Source: Tubiluchus corallicola
Taxonomy: Eukaryota > Animalia > Priapulida
Length of the DNA stretch: 64,000 nucleotides
Direction of reading: 5' to 3'
Assembly: GCA_030141605.1 (NCBI GenBank)
Contig: JAQGDQ010000989.1
Location: 8,575-72,574, forward strand
The position numbers and the translations under genes were made by a program. Below, in pieces: positions 51,131 through 64,000 of the stretch (position 1 is its first letter; every line of letters begins with the position of its first letter). The notes beneath the pieces are model-generated. The model was not told the DNA's origin and made no database searches. It saw nothing but the letters and a program-made list of their open reading frames with translations.

Positions 51131-51181
51131 TTCCTTGCAGTAATTATTTTTACTTCGAAGTATTCTGGTGTTACGTTATAA

Positions 51182-51565
<384 letters not shown>

Positions 51566-51597
51566 ATACTCCTGTCTTTCTATCAATAAAACCAACC

Positions 51598-51647
51598 GGC
51601 CCTTTTCAGGGCCACCAAATTTTACCGAAACAAAATTCTGATTTTGC
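51598..51647 (+). promoter_or_regulatory. H2A 3' stem-loop and downstream element
   Basis: GGCCCTTTTCAGGGCC, then CCGAAACAAAATTCTGATTTTGC. Confidence 0.92.
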
Positions 51648-51829
51648 TGTTTCCATTCGCTCCGTACCTTATTTGTACGACACCTTTTTGGTTTTAAGAT
51701 TATATTTAATATATATGTACTATTCACGTACTAAAGAAACGTAATATTAATGCCCTGTGCACGTGGCTGCAAATGCATGCGGTCCTCCAACTATCACGGT
51801 TAGGATAATGCATTTAGGCGCGGAAAGAG

Positions 51830-51955
51830 CCCCAACACAAAGGCGGTTACTAAGCACTCCTGTGTCGTTCAAAAATTTACCGTTGCAAGAGAGCGGTAGA
51901 ATATTCAACGCAGCGAGGATTTTAGACCCCTTAGGCGTTCGTTGCATGATGCATC
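51830..51955 (-). ncRNA. Candidate Sm-site small RNA of unknown family
   Basis: Two hairpins, then AAATTTTTGAA (Sm consensus RAU5GR), then a ~13-bp terminal hairpin with G-U pairs that form only on this strand. No match to U1/U2/U4/U5/U11/U12 by eye. Confidence 0.3.
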
Positions 51956-53539
51956 GGGGAGTTTAAGCGCGGCTATTATTGCATACGTACATTTGCCGTG
52001 TGATAGTTCAATTCAACTTGTTTGTCTCTTTTGCACGGTATAACAATGTACAATATTTAGTTGTGCATACTACTGCTATGATAATTGAGACAGGGTGGCT
52101 AAAGAACAAGAGGTCACCTAGCACCCCTATTTATGCAACATTGATTAGTATGGTTAATTGAGTGACACTAGTTGCATGTTTGTGCGAGATTTATTTAACT
52201 TGACAAAACAAACAGAAATAATAACCATGCATCAAAATATATTGTCAATAAAAGTTGAAGTAACATATGAAATACGCTGGAAAAAAATTAATTACTCGCC
52301 TTATAAGGTCACATGCAAATTATAATCAAACAGTTCATGAAAATAACAAAGTATAAAGTAATATTAATAGCAACCATGCGTATTGTGTAAAAAATTGATA
52401 ACAGTGAAATACATTAGGAAAAAATTAATTACATGTAAAACAAAATCACAAAAAATGAAATTATAATTACAAAAATGTGAACTAAGATGTCAAAATAAAC
52501 CATGCATCAAAATAATGAAATGTGTCTCTATGGAGATGGAACATCAAAGTACCTTGAGCACCAGAATTATCAAAAATCCTGCTCCATTGCACTGCTATTT
52601 AACTTTGTTATAACTTTTTTGCCCTGGTAAAAATGACATCGTTATTACAAATGAGAAAAGTGTGGTTGCCTGGTGTCTCCACCTTCAGGCAGTATGAGGT
52701 ACTTTTTCTCACGAAAGTTTATAATGCTGTTTGAAAAAATGGCTCCATGGGACTTCTTTGATTCGCAACGCTTACCTAAAGTTGATTACTGATTGTATAC
52801 TGATTACTATTTAATAAAATATATATTTGTTTGATAAATTTAGAAAACTCAATTTTTCGCGTGGCCTATTTGTTGAGTTTTTGGCATGCCACACTTTGTG
52901 AGTTTTTACAAGTGTACGAGAGCTAATCCAAACAAAAGTGATAAAACAATGGAATATGCCTCCTTCTACTGTACGTATGATACAATATTATCTCTGCAAT
53001 GGACTGAAGATGAGTAAATCTTACTTTGATAATGAAAGAAGCCACTAGCAGTGACATAATAATAATTTATTTTAACTTCTGACGCTTTTGTCTTCAGGCA
53101 TTTCGTCTTGAAAACGAATAATTTTTTTGATTTCAGATTTTGCATCTTGGAAAATGATTGCTTTCAACTATTATTATTGTTATTATTATATTATTATTAT
53201 GATGTAATATCGCAATAATATTCTGTAGTCATGTGATTTCATTTTATGCTTTATTTGTTTACAACACTTCTCTATACTTTAGTCAACTGATTTTTATTAT
53301 TTTCAAGCTAGCTGATTTTGAAGTACGGTAAAAAGTCTACATTTTAACACAATTAATACTACAGAAGCGTTTCGGATAATTATATAATAGATTAAAAACT
53401 TAATTAACAGCGGGCGAGCCCAACTATTGATGACATCACAAACTAACCTAATTTTCAACAGCAAAAATATTCCACGAGCGCGTTGAACGTGTTTGCAAAA
53501 GAGAAAATTGTACAGTGCTATTGTAATTTACCATATGGT

Positions 53540-54715
53540 AAAGGCCTTACCATAGATGACATTTGTTGAGCAGAGTTAATAGGAAATGGAGTTTTGGTGG
53601 ATAAGTAAGATGATGATCCTGATTATGTTGCAACGATGGATGATGTACATATGTGGGAAGAAGAACACAGAAGAATGCCACATGGGGCATATTTTTCTTA
53701 AATACAGGCAGGCTACAGTTACCTGCCCGAATTTTCAATATACTGGATGATAACATTTTCTAGGTGTACTTTCAACTTTCAAACTTCTAAGCCATAAATA
53801 ATTTCAAGCTTTTGCGCTAGATTTTTTATTCAAATCGCCTCAAGGAAGACCAGGGGCTATTGAGAGGAAGACATTTTTTAAAATTTGTAACAGAAATCTT
53901 TTCACTTTAGGAAGGTATAGAAATGGCGATAATGAGCCGGAATGTTTTAGCGATGCAGAAGAAAACTGATATTTTCCTGTAAACTGATATTTTCCTGTAA
54001 ACTGATATTTTCCTGTAATTGATGCAGACAGCTGACTGAAGACAAGCACATCAAATTATATGGATCCGAAGTCGGAGTAGATTCAAGCAGTGATCCAACG
54101 ATAAAAGTTCATAAACTTGTCCAAGCGGGATACAATTTAATTCAATTCAACTCAAATTTTTATTTCGGGAAATGAGACCATATAAAATACAAATACACTA
54201 TTAAAATGAAATAAAATACTATAAAATAAAAATTATTCAGGGTTAAAAAAATATTATATTCAGCGTTAGTAAACTAAAAACTAAATAAATTTTAGAGGCT
54301 AATTATGTAATAATTCGTTTCATTTCACAAAAAGTAAGATTTGACAAGTATATGTGAGTTAATAATAGCAGTTATAATACTATTGCCAGTGCACAGTAGT
54401 AATCTGTTTCGAAACCTATAACATAATCTTCTGCCAACATGACTAAAATCTGGTAGAGATAGGTTTACACACGTACCAGAAGCACCACAACCGTAATTTA
54501 AACGAAACAGTTTTCTATAACCATTGCTGTATGCAATACGCAGTCTATTTATCACACCCTTACTGCAATTAGTCCATAAAGACATACAGTACAGTATTGG
54601 TATCATGGACTTTCTGACAAACCTGGACCAAATGCCTCCTGCAGGAAGCACCGTGTTTGCAATACCTATGAATCTTGGAGATGGTTCAGAAGCTCCAGTG
54701 AGAGATATCAAATTC
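53540..54715 (+). pseudogene. Decayed cyclase-family (kynurenine formamidase/isatin hydrolase-like) gene fragments
   Basis: 53540-53710 reads KGLTIDDIC*AELIGNGVLVDK*DDDPDYVATMDDVHMWEEEHRRMPHGAYF, with stops. 54595-54710 reads FLTNLDQMPPAGSTVFAIPMNLGDGSEAPVR. A LINE fragment separates them. Confidence 0.7.
54135..54590 (-). mobile_element. 3' end of a non-LTR retrotransposon inserted in the cyclase pseudogene
   Basis: LWTNCSKGVINRLRIAYSNGYRKLF..ASGTCVNLSLPDF..NSII resembles a LINE ORF2 C-terminus, followed by AATAAA and a (TTGAA)n tail. Confidence 0.7.
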
Positions 54716-55447
54716 GCTGGTATGGGCTTAATATATATATATAATCGCCCGCAAATGGTGCCGTCGTCGGAGCTGTAGATTCGAGGCTGCAGCTTCGACA
54801 ACGGCACCATTTGCCGCGATCTACATATCAAACGAAAGGTCTCGATCTAGTATCGTGCCATTGGGGGTTTATTTTTCGAATCGGGCCCACCGGGAGGAAC
54901 GGGGGGGGGGCGAAAAACCTCCAAAAATGGCCATGTTAGCTATGTGGGTGGGCCAGTTGCTCTCCACTGGGCCTGAAACCAGTCCTGAGTCACACGCGGC
55001 CGGGATTTGCGGTAATTGTAGAATATTACATATTGTCATTACATTAATAGTTTTTTTTAACTTTATTCAACAATCGACTACATTTTATTCAAGTCCCGGT
55101 GTTTTCACTATACACTTTTCCAAGTTACAACTTCCTTAGAATTACTTCCGGTCGTGACGTATTCCTGAAAAACTCCATCATCTGGCTAAACTGCATTACT
55201 ATGTCATGGTCGAATATTTCCTTTTCTGGATGACTGGGATAAGAACACGCCCGTTCGTGTATTTTCCTTAGAGGAAGTTGAAAAATGTTTGGACTTGCCG
55301 GCCATTTTCTTGATTCATCCTGAATGAGTAACGTACTTCTGTTGCTTCTAATGGACAAGACGACCACAACACAAACGTTTATATAAAATTTTAGTGTTTA
55401 GTAAAGACTTTGTGTTTATCTATGTCTACTGTTGTTTACTTCATAAG

Positions 55448-58400
55448 ATGAAATTCTTTTTCTTCTACCGTTTGGCTCTAACTGTTCTTGTGCTGTGCAT
55501 TTTGTTGCGAAACCCAACATGCAGTGCCGATGACGACGACGACGATGATGATGAAGACACTAGTTCTAAAGATACTACTCCTGAAGCCAGTCAGGAGCCT
55601 GCCGTGGACGTTGTACTCGGTCCAGTAATCGTCGGGAACGAATCCGTCACGTCTGACGTAAATCAAACAACGGTAACGGCGTCCACAGTAGCAACAAAAC
55701 TACCAAAGCCGCCCGAAGAGAAGCCTGGTAAGTTATTAGAAAGCATTGCACAATCTACTATCTACTTTCTCCCTACCATTTCCATTAACACATGCTTCTA
55801 CCCTTCCTGTGTGATCTAACCTTTCTCCCAGTTCTTTTTTTTGTTCACTCATCCATTCTTTTTTTATCGGGTTCACATGCATGACAGTGGGCTTATACAA
55901 GCCTTTGCTTCTCTAGCCCACTGCAGTACAATTATTCTTTTATGATAACCATCGTGTATGAAACATAACAATTTAATACAGTATGACGTAATAATTTTGA
56001 TGTCATTGTGTGCTTAATGTCATTATATTGTACTGAATGTGATAATAATCAACTAAACTAAACTAAAACCAGGAGCTTGGGCACATTCTAAGCATCAGTG
56101 AGGATAAGCGTTTTCTTTTCGACCCACACCACACAAAATACTTGCTTTGCACTCAGGTCTATTGTCAAACTTTGTGTTAATGCAATATTTTAGTAGACTC
56201 GCTTGCTTACAGTTCAGTTTTAATGCTTAAGTGATAACAAAAACAGCCACCAGGGAAGATATGAATTAATTGCAATTAGTACATTCTTTAAAGTCAAACT
56301 TAGGTCTTGGGAAAGAAACTTTGGAGAGAAAACGATCATAACCGAAGTATGCTTTGAAACTGAAACGTTTACTTTAGAAACCCTGTCCTTTCGTCAGTTG
56401 CGAACACAAGCAGTTGAGAATCTTAAGAGTGTAAATATAAGATGAAGGTTAAAACGCAATAACTAGTGAGTTGTTTTGCGAGACAAAATACTAGGCGCAG
56501 AATTTAACAATGAAGACTGTAGCCCTAATTATTTGTCATGTTTCAAGAAGGAGAAGCATATGTTTCATAGCAGAAAGCAATTAAAGGAAGACAGGATGAT
56601 TTTTCATATACCACCCCATTTTCAAATCCGGTAAAAGGTGCACATTTTAACATAATTAACACTGGAGAAGTGTTTCTGATAATTAGATAATAGGCTGCAA
56701 GCTTAGTTAACGGCGAGCGAGCACAACTGGTGATGTCATCACAAACTAACAATTTTCAACAGCAGAAATATTCCATGAGCGTGTTGTACGTGTTTGCGAA
56801 AGCGAAAATTGAAGTACAGTGCCACTGTAAGAGATTCAGTGTGTTGTACTAAAACTAGGCAAGTTTTAAGATGAAAATTCAAATTTCAATTTGACTACTG
56901 CGCTCACGCATAAGCTGTCGAACGTGTGTAGTTCGTCACAAACAAACACATCTGAGTACCTGTTCTTGTGCAATGCGTTTCCAAAATGCTGGCGCTAGTG
57001 CCCGTCTAACTAGCGAATGGCGAAATGCATGCAACAGCGAAGAACTAATGGTGCTAACATGAAATTGTCTTTGTGTGGTAGCATTGTACTTTAATTTTCG
57101 CTTTCGCAAACACGTGCAACATGCTCATGGACTGTTTTGCTGTTGAAAATCAAGTTCGTTTGTGATGCCATCAATAATTGGACTCGTCCGTCGTTAATTA
57201 AGATTTTAATCCATTATTTAATTTTCAGAAACGCTTTTGGAGTATTAACTGTGTTAAAAAGTATACTTTTATCGGACTTTTATCGAAAATGGGGTAGTAT
57301 ATGAAAAATCATCCTGTCTTCCTTCAAATTTTAGAAATGTCTTTAAAAATGCTGTAAGATTGCATCCTTAAAGATGACACTTTGAGTAACCATATTATTA
57401 CCGTAGTTTCCACATTTATCAAAATGAAGGCAAATTTGTTAATTTTCATAATAGTTAATATACATGCTATACAAGTAGGTGGTAACTCTTGACATAGCAT
57501 CTTAAAGACTAGTGAATCAAACGTTTTGTGATAAGGCGATATAACTGTTTTTTTTTCTTAAAATGAAAAGACAAATAATCGTACCAGCCAATAAATAATA
57601 AAAATTTTTATTCAATAAAAAGAAAGAGACCTAAAGCAAAATAATATAGTTAGTTAGTTTTGCAAAATTAGAAACGCAAATAAATGAGCATTTTATCTGT
57701 AAAAATTAAGATTCATGGTTTAACGTGATCAGTATTTCATTTACAGTTATTTCAAACATGGCGAATAAACAAATTTTGGCGCTTGAATGAGAATAACTGC
57801 CGCACCCGACGCTCGTGTTTTTCACCAGTAAAAATTTCTAAATTTAGCTGTTTCCGCTCCAGAATGTCTCTAGAAACTCTCGGATCAGACGTACTTATAA
57901 TCGTATGTTGAACTTGAATTGTTGAGTCTCGAATTTTTAAATCATGTGATTTCGTAGTTTCAAATCTATGAATCGATTACACTGCAGTGGTCTTCAAACT
58001 TTTTTAATGTAGTCCACCCCTAGTGGTGATTAAGTAAAAGCTGTCCATAACCCCCCACCCCGAAAAGGTCTCATTAAAACATTTCTATGACTATGTAAAC
58101 AGAAAAAAGCAGTTTCTCTTATTTTTTATTTAACTTTTACATATTCATCCATATATTTACACACCTCATCTCAAACTCTGTAGTCATTACAGTATTCTCA
58201 GTTTGGCAATAGTTGTAAACCAAAACGGCAGCCGTTACTGCAAATGTCCGCGCAATGTTGCAATTGTCAAACAGTGGCGAGATACATCAAACACTTGCCG
58301 AAGCCACATTCATAGGTAGTTTTGACCTTGTAGAGGTAACATAGCATACGTGTACATCTTAAACTTGTACCTAACCTATTTTAGATATAATGAATATAGA

Positions 58401-61400
58401 ATGTTATAAAAGCCTTCTGTCAAACTAACTCATTAGTAATGTGTAGATACTGTATCATAGAGAACACGCTCATTACTCCCCCCCCCCCTTTAGACGGTTT
58501 AACGACAAATTATTATCTTGATTAGTTTATAGTGATAATTGCACTGTTCATTATTGTTTGTTTGTTTTCAGCGTTGTTTTGTGTATGTAAATGTGTAAAA
58601 TTTATATGTTAGCATCAAAATTAATGGTTTCTCTTTTTTAGCTGTTATTAAACACAAGTAAGTACAGTGGTCTACATATAAATACGTATCTCTTTTTATT
58701 CAAGCTTTCTCGATTCTGATTACTAAAGAAAGGATCATTTAGGAACCTCCGACATTCAGCGCTTCTCCTTCTTTATCAAATTTTTCTTAAAAGTTTCGCT
58801 GTGTCTTTTCAGCAATAAACAAACAGATATTTTTATCTAATCAAAAGAACTAAAAAAAAATCATAATAAGACTTTTGTACAAAATTCACAAATGCATCTC
58901 TAAGTTACATTAAATAAAATACTAGAAACATAAACTTTAAAATCTAAAATTCTGAAATTATAATCTTTGATTTCTTTGTGAAATCTTTACATTTCTGTTC
59001 TTTAAATTTCTTATTAAAATTGCTGGATGCAAAGTAAAATAAAACAAATAAAAAAGTGAAAATTATTAAATAAAATATTAGTAAAAATATATGAGAAATG
59101 TTGACAGTAAGTTGAAAAATATAATTCTTTAGTTCTTTCGTCTAAATTTAAATGCAACGAAAGTAACAAATATCTTAATTATTGATCAAAACATTGACTT
59201 AGCTCATTACTATTCTTAAGAGTTTATGTACAAGAAAACTCTCCATTTACATGAAGTTTAAAAAATTCGTCTTGAAATTTTATACCATTTACGTAAAGCT
59301 TTTTTGCATACAGGGCTTGCGTCGGCAGTAACACTGCATAAAGCATGTAAATTTAACCTCCCGCGATGACCGTTAGACGCAGCCATTTTGACGATAAGTC
59401 TTTTGAAACAAGTTTAGATAACATTGTGTAAAGTTTGAAAAAATAATCAGAGCATTCGTAGCGCACACGTCACTAGCTGAGTAAAATTTTAAATAACTGT
59501 ATCTTGTCAATAAGATTAAAAATACGTTTGTGCGCCCTGGAGGGTGAGTCAATGACATTTTACCAATTGGTGAAAATATTTTAAATGATAAAATTTTCTT
59601 TTCTAGTTGCATAAGTCTTTCCAGCAGATAAGCGAAATGCTAAGCAATATAGATTTGCATGAAAAGTTTTTTGCCACATAGTTTAACATTTCCTTTTCTA
59701 GCCCTGATTTACGTTGTGCGTAAGTGACGTCATGTAATGGCACGGTCTTAACAGTATTGGGGGAGATTTAAAATGGAAACAAAAATTCCTTTCAATACGA
59801 GTACGACATACGCATAAAATGCTGTAAAGTAATATAATTTCTTAAGGCGATTTTTCTGAAACTTACTTCAGGTACCCCTTTCTTGTCCTTCAAGACACTG
59901 TAACTGCATGTCTTGTCTTGCGTAACTGCTAATCTGAAGTCACTGTAAAGGTCTATTTTCACATGAATAATTGATTTTGTTACTTGTATGCTTTGTATAG
60001 TCATGTAAGCTTATATATATATAAGTGAGTTCCTATGATTGTATCCCCAGTGAGTCCCTGTGATTGTAGCCCCAGTGAGTCCCTGTGATTGTAGCCCCAG
60101 TGAGTCCCCGTGATTGTAGCCCCAGTGTGTCCCTGTGATTGTAGCCCCAGTGAGTTCCTATGATTGTAGCCGCAGTGAGTCACTATGATTGTAGCCCCAG
60201 TGAATCCCTATGATTGTAGCCCCAGTGAGTCCCTGTGATTGTAGCCCCAGTGAGTCCCTATGATTGTAACCCCAGTGAGTCCCTGTGATTGTAGCCCCAG
60301 TGAGTCGCTATGACTGTATTCCCAGTGAGTCCCTGTGATTGTAGCCCCAGTGAGTCCCTTTGATTGTAGCCCCAGTGAGTCCCTGTGATTGTAGCCCCAG
60401 TGAGTCGCTATGATTGTAGCCCCAGTGAGTCCCTGTGATTGTAGCCCCAGTGAGTCCCTGTGATTGTAGCCCCAGTGAGTCCCTGTGACTGTAGCCCCAG
60501 TGAGTCCCTGTGGTTGTAGCCGCAGTGAATCCCTATGATTGTAGCCCCAGTGAGTCCCTGTGATTGTAGCCCCAGTGAGTCCCTATGATTGTAGCCCGAG
60601 TGAGTCCCTGTGGTTGTTGCCCCAGTGAGTCCCTGTGATTGTAGCCCCAGTGAGTCCCTATGATTGTAGCCCCAGTGAGTCCCTGTGATTGTAGCCGCAG
60701 TGAGTCCCTATGATTGTAGCCCCAGTGAGTCCCTATGATTGTAGCCCCAGTGAGTCCCTTTGATTGTAGCCTCAGTGAGTCCCTATGATTGTAGCCCCAG
60801 TGAGTCCCTATGATTGTTGCCCCAGTGAGTCCCTGTGATTGTAGCCTCAGTGAGTCCCTATGATTGTAGCCTCAGTGAGTAATAACATTTTCTAACTAGA
60901 TGAATTATGTTATTTAGAAATAAGTCTGTATCAACGTCAATGCAACAAAAGATTTGTTGAGATTTAGAAACTTGCTGTATATAAGCATATGAATTACACA
61001 GAGACAGAAACTAAATTATGCTTTCAAGAATATTTCTTCGTTTACAGGCTTGAAAATGGCTAATAATAGCCTTGCTAGCGTGCTAGTAGACTTCACTTGA
61101 AATTTTTTAACTGGGTTTCAGGGCTTAACTGGATGCTCTTAGACATGCTATGCACTGAATTTGAGGTGACCCGTGAACAGCGCCCTCCGTGTTTGTATCC
61201 AACATAGCAGAATCTATATGACAGATATTTTCAAATATTTTGCAGACATATTAGAGTTTTGTGAAAACGAGCCAATTGACTTGGTGTGCATGAAGGGACG
61301 GGCGGTGATTTACAGCGCCACCTATGCGCCAACAAATCCAACAAAAACTTGTCATGCTGATTATTCAGGTGAGAAACCCACTGATTCTATTAAAAACATT

Positions 61401-64000
61401 CATGCCTTTTTAGTACAAGTAAAATCATTAGTCGATGTGCGTGTTACTACAAAGAGATTTGAGTTCTGAAAATATTTAATGAATCTGTATAATCACTTCA
61501 TGCTAATTTAATGGTGTGTATTTAGGGTGTGTATAGAGAAGAATGTGATTAGAGGTGCAGGTTAGTCAAGAGCTATTATTATAACTCTTTTTTTGAGCAT
61601 ATAAACATATACATATACACATGCGCCCTCTATTTGCAAGGCTATAGCAGTTACGTTTCATATTTAACAACTTACAATAGCATTGTGTTATGATTACCTT
61701 CCTAACTGACATTGACAACATTTTTCTAAAATTAATTAATCCTGTTAGGTTAGTGCTAAAATAAAATCTAACAAAATATTAGCAAGTGAACATATATTTA
61801 ATATCCTGGTGCTGTAAAACGCGTACAGAGTTTTCTCCGTTTAATCCGACTTACGAATTTACATTGAAACAAATTAAATTAAAGTAATGATTCAGTGCAT
61901 TCTCTCCCACTTTCGTTTCAAGGACAAGTTTTTAAATATATTTAATGTTTGAACACAAATTTAAGGCACAATTTTTTACACATAAATCGCAAACTTTCGA
62001 AAGCTTAGCAACGTGATTTCATCACTAAAACACCTGTTGATGTGAGAAAATGTGCTTTATGTAAGAATGGGAGTACAGAAGATGAATTTCACTTTAGTAT
62101 GCAATGTAATGCAATGTTTATTGTCAAGCTAGGACTACGTTCTTAAATCAAATATCAGATATTTTTCCAGAATTCCCATGCATGTGTGATATTGATAAGT
62201 TTATATTTTTAAACAAAAGTGGAGATGTGGAAGTTAATAAATTGTTGATTAACTATGCGCATAAAATTTCTACAATACGTGATTCTAAATTAAGAGGTAC
62301 GAAGTAATTTTGCTAAGAATTAATGAATTCAATCAGTACTGTGATTTATAGGTAGATGTGTTTGTTATAAATTATCGTATTTTGTCATTAACTATGCTTA
62401 AAAGGAGCCCTGTATTTATAAGGACGTGTTCCCGTATGTGTTGTTTATATAAGTATGTGATTCGTTAATTGTGTTTATGTTTGTAAAATAAAGCGTTTAT
62501 TTATTTACTATTATATAGGGACATGTCCTCCAGAAGATATGACGAGTGTTGTACAAAAAGCGTGCTTTGGCAAGACGAACTGCAACGAGACGTTATCGTC
62601 TCTGAATCCATGCAAGTTTGGTGACATTTTTATGCTACATTCGATTCGAGTTTTATACAAATGTGAAGTCAGTAAGTAACATTTTCAACATTTCTATCAT
62701 TTACGGACGGTTTTAGGGTAAAAAGGTATTAGTGGGGAGTTCGACTTGTTTTTAGTTAGTTCAAAGAACCACGTTGGTAAATTGAAAGATCCAATTTGGC
62801 TATTTTTGGTGAATTAAGTGAGCAAATCTTGCAAAAACGGTTCCCTTGAATGTGCAGTTAATAACATTCTTGTGGGACCTACTTAACATAGATAAGTGCA
62901 GCGAGACCGGAACCTGGCTCATTTTCAAGGCTAAGTCTCTAAGATTAAACACTAAAAAGATAGGTCCCGTTCAGACTATCGGGCGTTCCCGACGTGACTA
63001 ACTGACATTCAAAATGGACATTCTTGCGTTTCACGCTTACTCAATGATTGTCCTTTGTTTAAACTTTCCGTCTGATGAAAAACAGTTTCCTAACAAAACA
63101 GTGGTCACGTGCAAACGTTCGGACCTCTGATTGGACAAATCTCAACATCCTGCAAAAAAGCAGTGGTCACGTGCAAAATTTTTTGGGTTTCTGACTCGGT
63201 AAATCTCACGCAAAAAATTCGTTGGGATAGCGTCCCTCAATGATGATGCCAGTAGAACGTCATCAGCAACACGCAAAGCTGTCATTCAGCCTTGTTTAGA
63301 CTATCAGGAAAACGCGTGATTCACTGGCACTCACCGGAGGTGCCCGATTGTTTAAACGGGCCATTACACGTCTGGATGTGTAAGAATCTTTATATACGAA
63401 GTAAATAGTGCAGCGAATAAGTCACTCCAGAACAGGGTATTGTACATGAACAGCCCCAGCCATTCACTCACCAGCTTCGAAGTAACATCACATGCACATG
63501 CACGTAACCACTCGGCTATTAACCTACTTCAAAATTTACCAACGAAAGGAGATCATCATCAAAACTACAAATCTAGTACACATTTAAATTATGCATTTCA
63601 TGCAACCTTAAAGAATTATGTTTTTATTTTCCAGAAACAACACGCCATGGTGGAGGATGTGGTGGCGCTGAAATACATTTAGACAGAAAGCGGGATTCAA
63701 TCGGGTACATTTGGCCGGGTCCTGTTAGTGCGACCACGCCCACCAATTGCTCGTGGGTCATCATCACTGAACCAGGTGAAGCAGTGGATCTGGAAATCAT
63801 CAGTCATCATCTTCCTGCTCCCAGGGATCCGGATTCAGAAAGCATTGTAAAGTTTGAAATCAACACTGGTTACGACGTGACGATATTCCGGGGAAATCCC
63901 ACAATGCACCTGCTCAACGTCCATCGAATGCCGTATGCTCCAAGAACTGACATACACCTGGTCATAAGTGGCATGGCAACTGAGGGGGAGTTAGAAGACT
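55448..64000 (+). CDS. Secreted or membrane protein: signal peptide, acidic/Thr-rich stalk, SUEL (Gal_Lectin)-type domain, CUB-like domain; continues beyond the window
   Basis: Phase-1 GT-AG exons 55448-55727, 61246-61368 (FCENEPIDLVC..IYSATY..C), 62519-62671 (C..VVQKACFGKTNC..NPC..RVLYKC) and 63635->64000 (CGGAEIHL..GYIWP..NCSWVIITEPGEAVDLEI); all open. Confidence 0.8.
56585..57323. mobile_element. MITE with long (~240 bp) TIRs and a TTAA-AGG terminus
   Basis: TTAA|AGGAAGACAGGATGATTTTTCATAT... versus ...ATATGAAAAATCATCCTGTCTTCCT|TCAA. A partial arm copy lies at ~53310-53520. Confidence 0.8.
59260..59893 (-). mobile_element. Family A non-autonomous DNA transposon, copy 3 (inverted)
   Basis: Reverse-complement similarity to 5724-6350; colinear with 9505-10034. 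Confidence 0.65.
60025..60880. repeat. 25-bp minisatellite, about 34 copies, intronic
   Basis: Unit GTGAGTCCCT(G/A)TGATTGTAGCCCCA. Confidence 0.96.
61780..62508 (+). mobile_element. Decayed 3' fragment of a non-LTR retrotransposon
   Basis: RKCALCKNGSTEDEFHFSMQC zinc-knuckle-like motif at ~62045-62105, and AATAAA + (TTTA)n tail at ~62488-62508. Confidence 0.6.

Overview
AT-rich, intron-containing invertebrate (metazoan) genomic DNA; a lophotrochozoan source is my inference only. The left third holds two intact genes lying tail to tail: ABHD13 (+, 8 coding exons) and the mitochondrial Rieske protein UQCRFS1 (-, 4 exons). About 20.6-46 kb is a mosaic of duplicated gene pieces and mobile elements. 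It contains a copy of the histone-cluster flanks without the histone genes but with an orphan H4 stem-loop, and ten open neogenin/DCC FN3 exons in scrambled order (FN5-FN6-FN2-FN3-FN2-FN3). It also contains a 1-kb pogo derivative, a 39-bp minisatellite, a decayed RTE LINE enclosed by a TIR element with an 8-bp TSD, and CEP192-like terminal exons. 46.9-51.6 kb is a single H4/H3/H2B/H2A quartet (no H1) with stem-loops and an unusually long shared downstream element. A remodelled 5S rRNA-like sequence lies in its spacer and a candidate Sm-site small RNA lies beside H2A. The right end has a decayed cyclase-family gene and a secreted or membrane SUEL-lectin + CUB gene that runs off the window. A degenerate twister-ribozyme-like motif sits in the last ABHD13 intron. 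All calls are by eye; no database searches were run.
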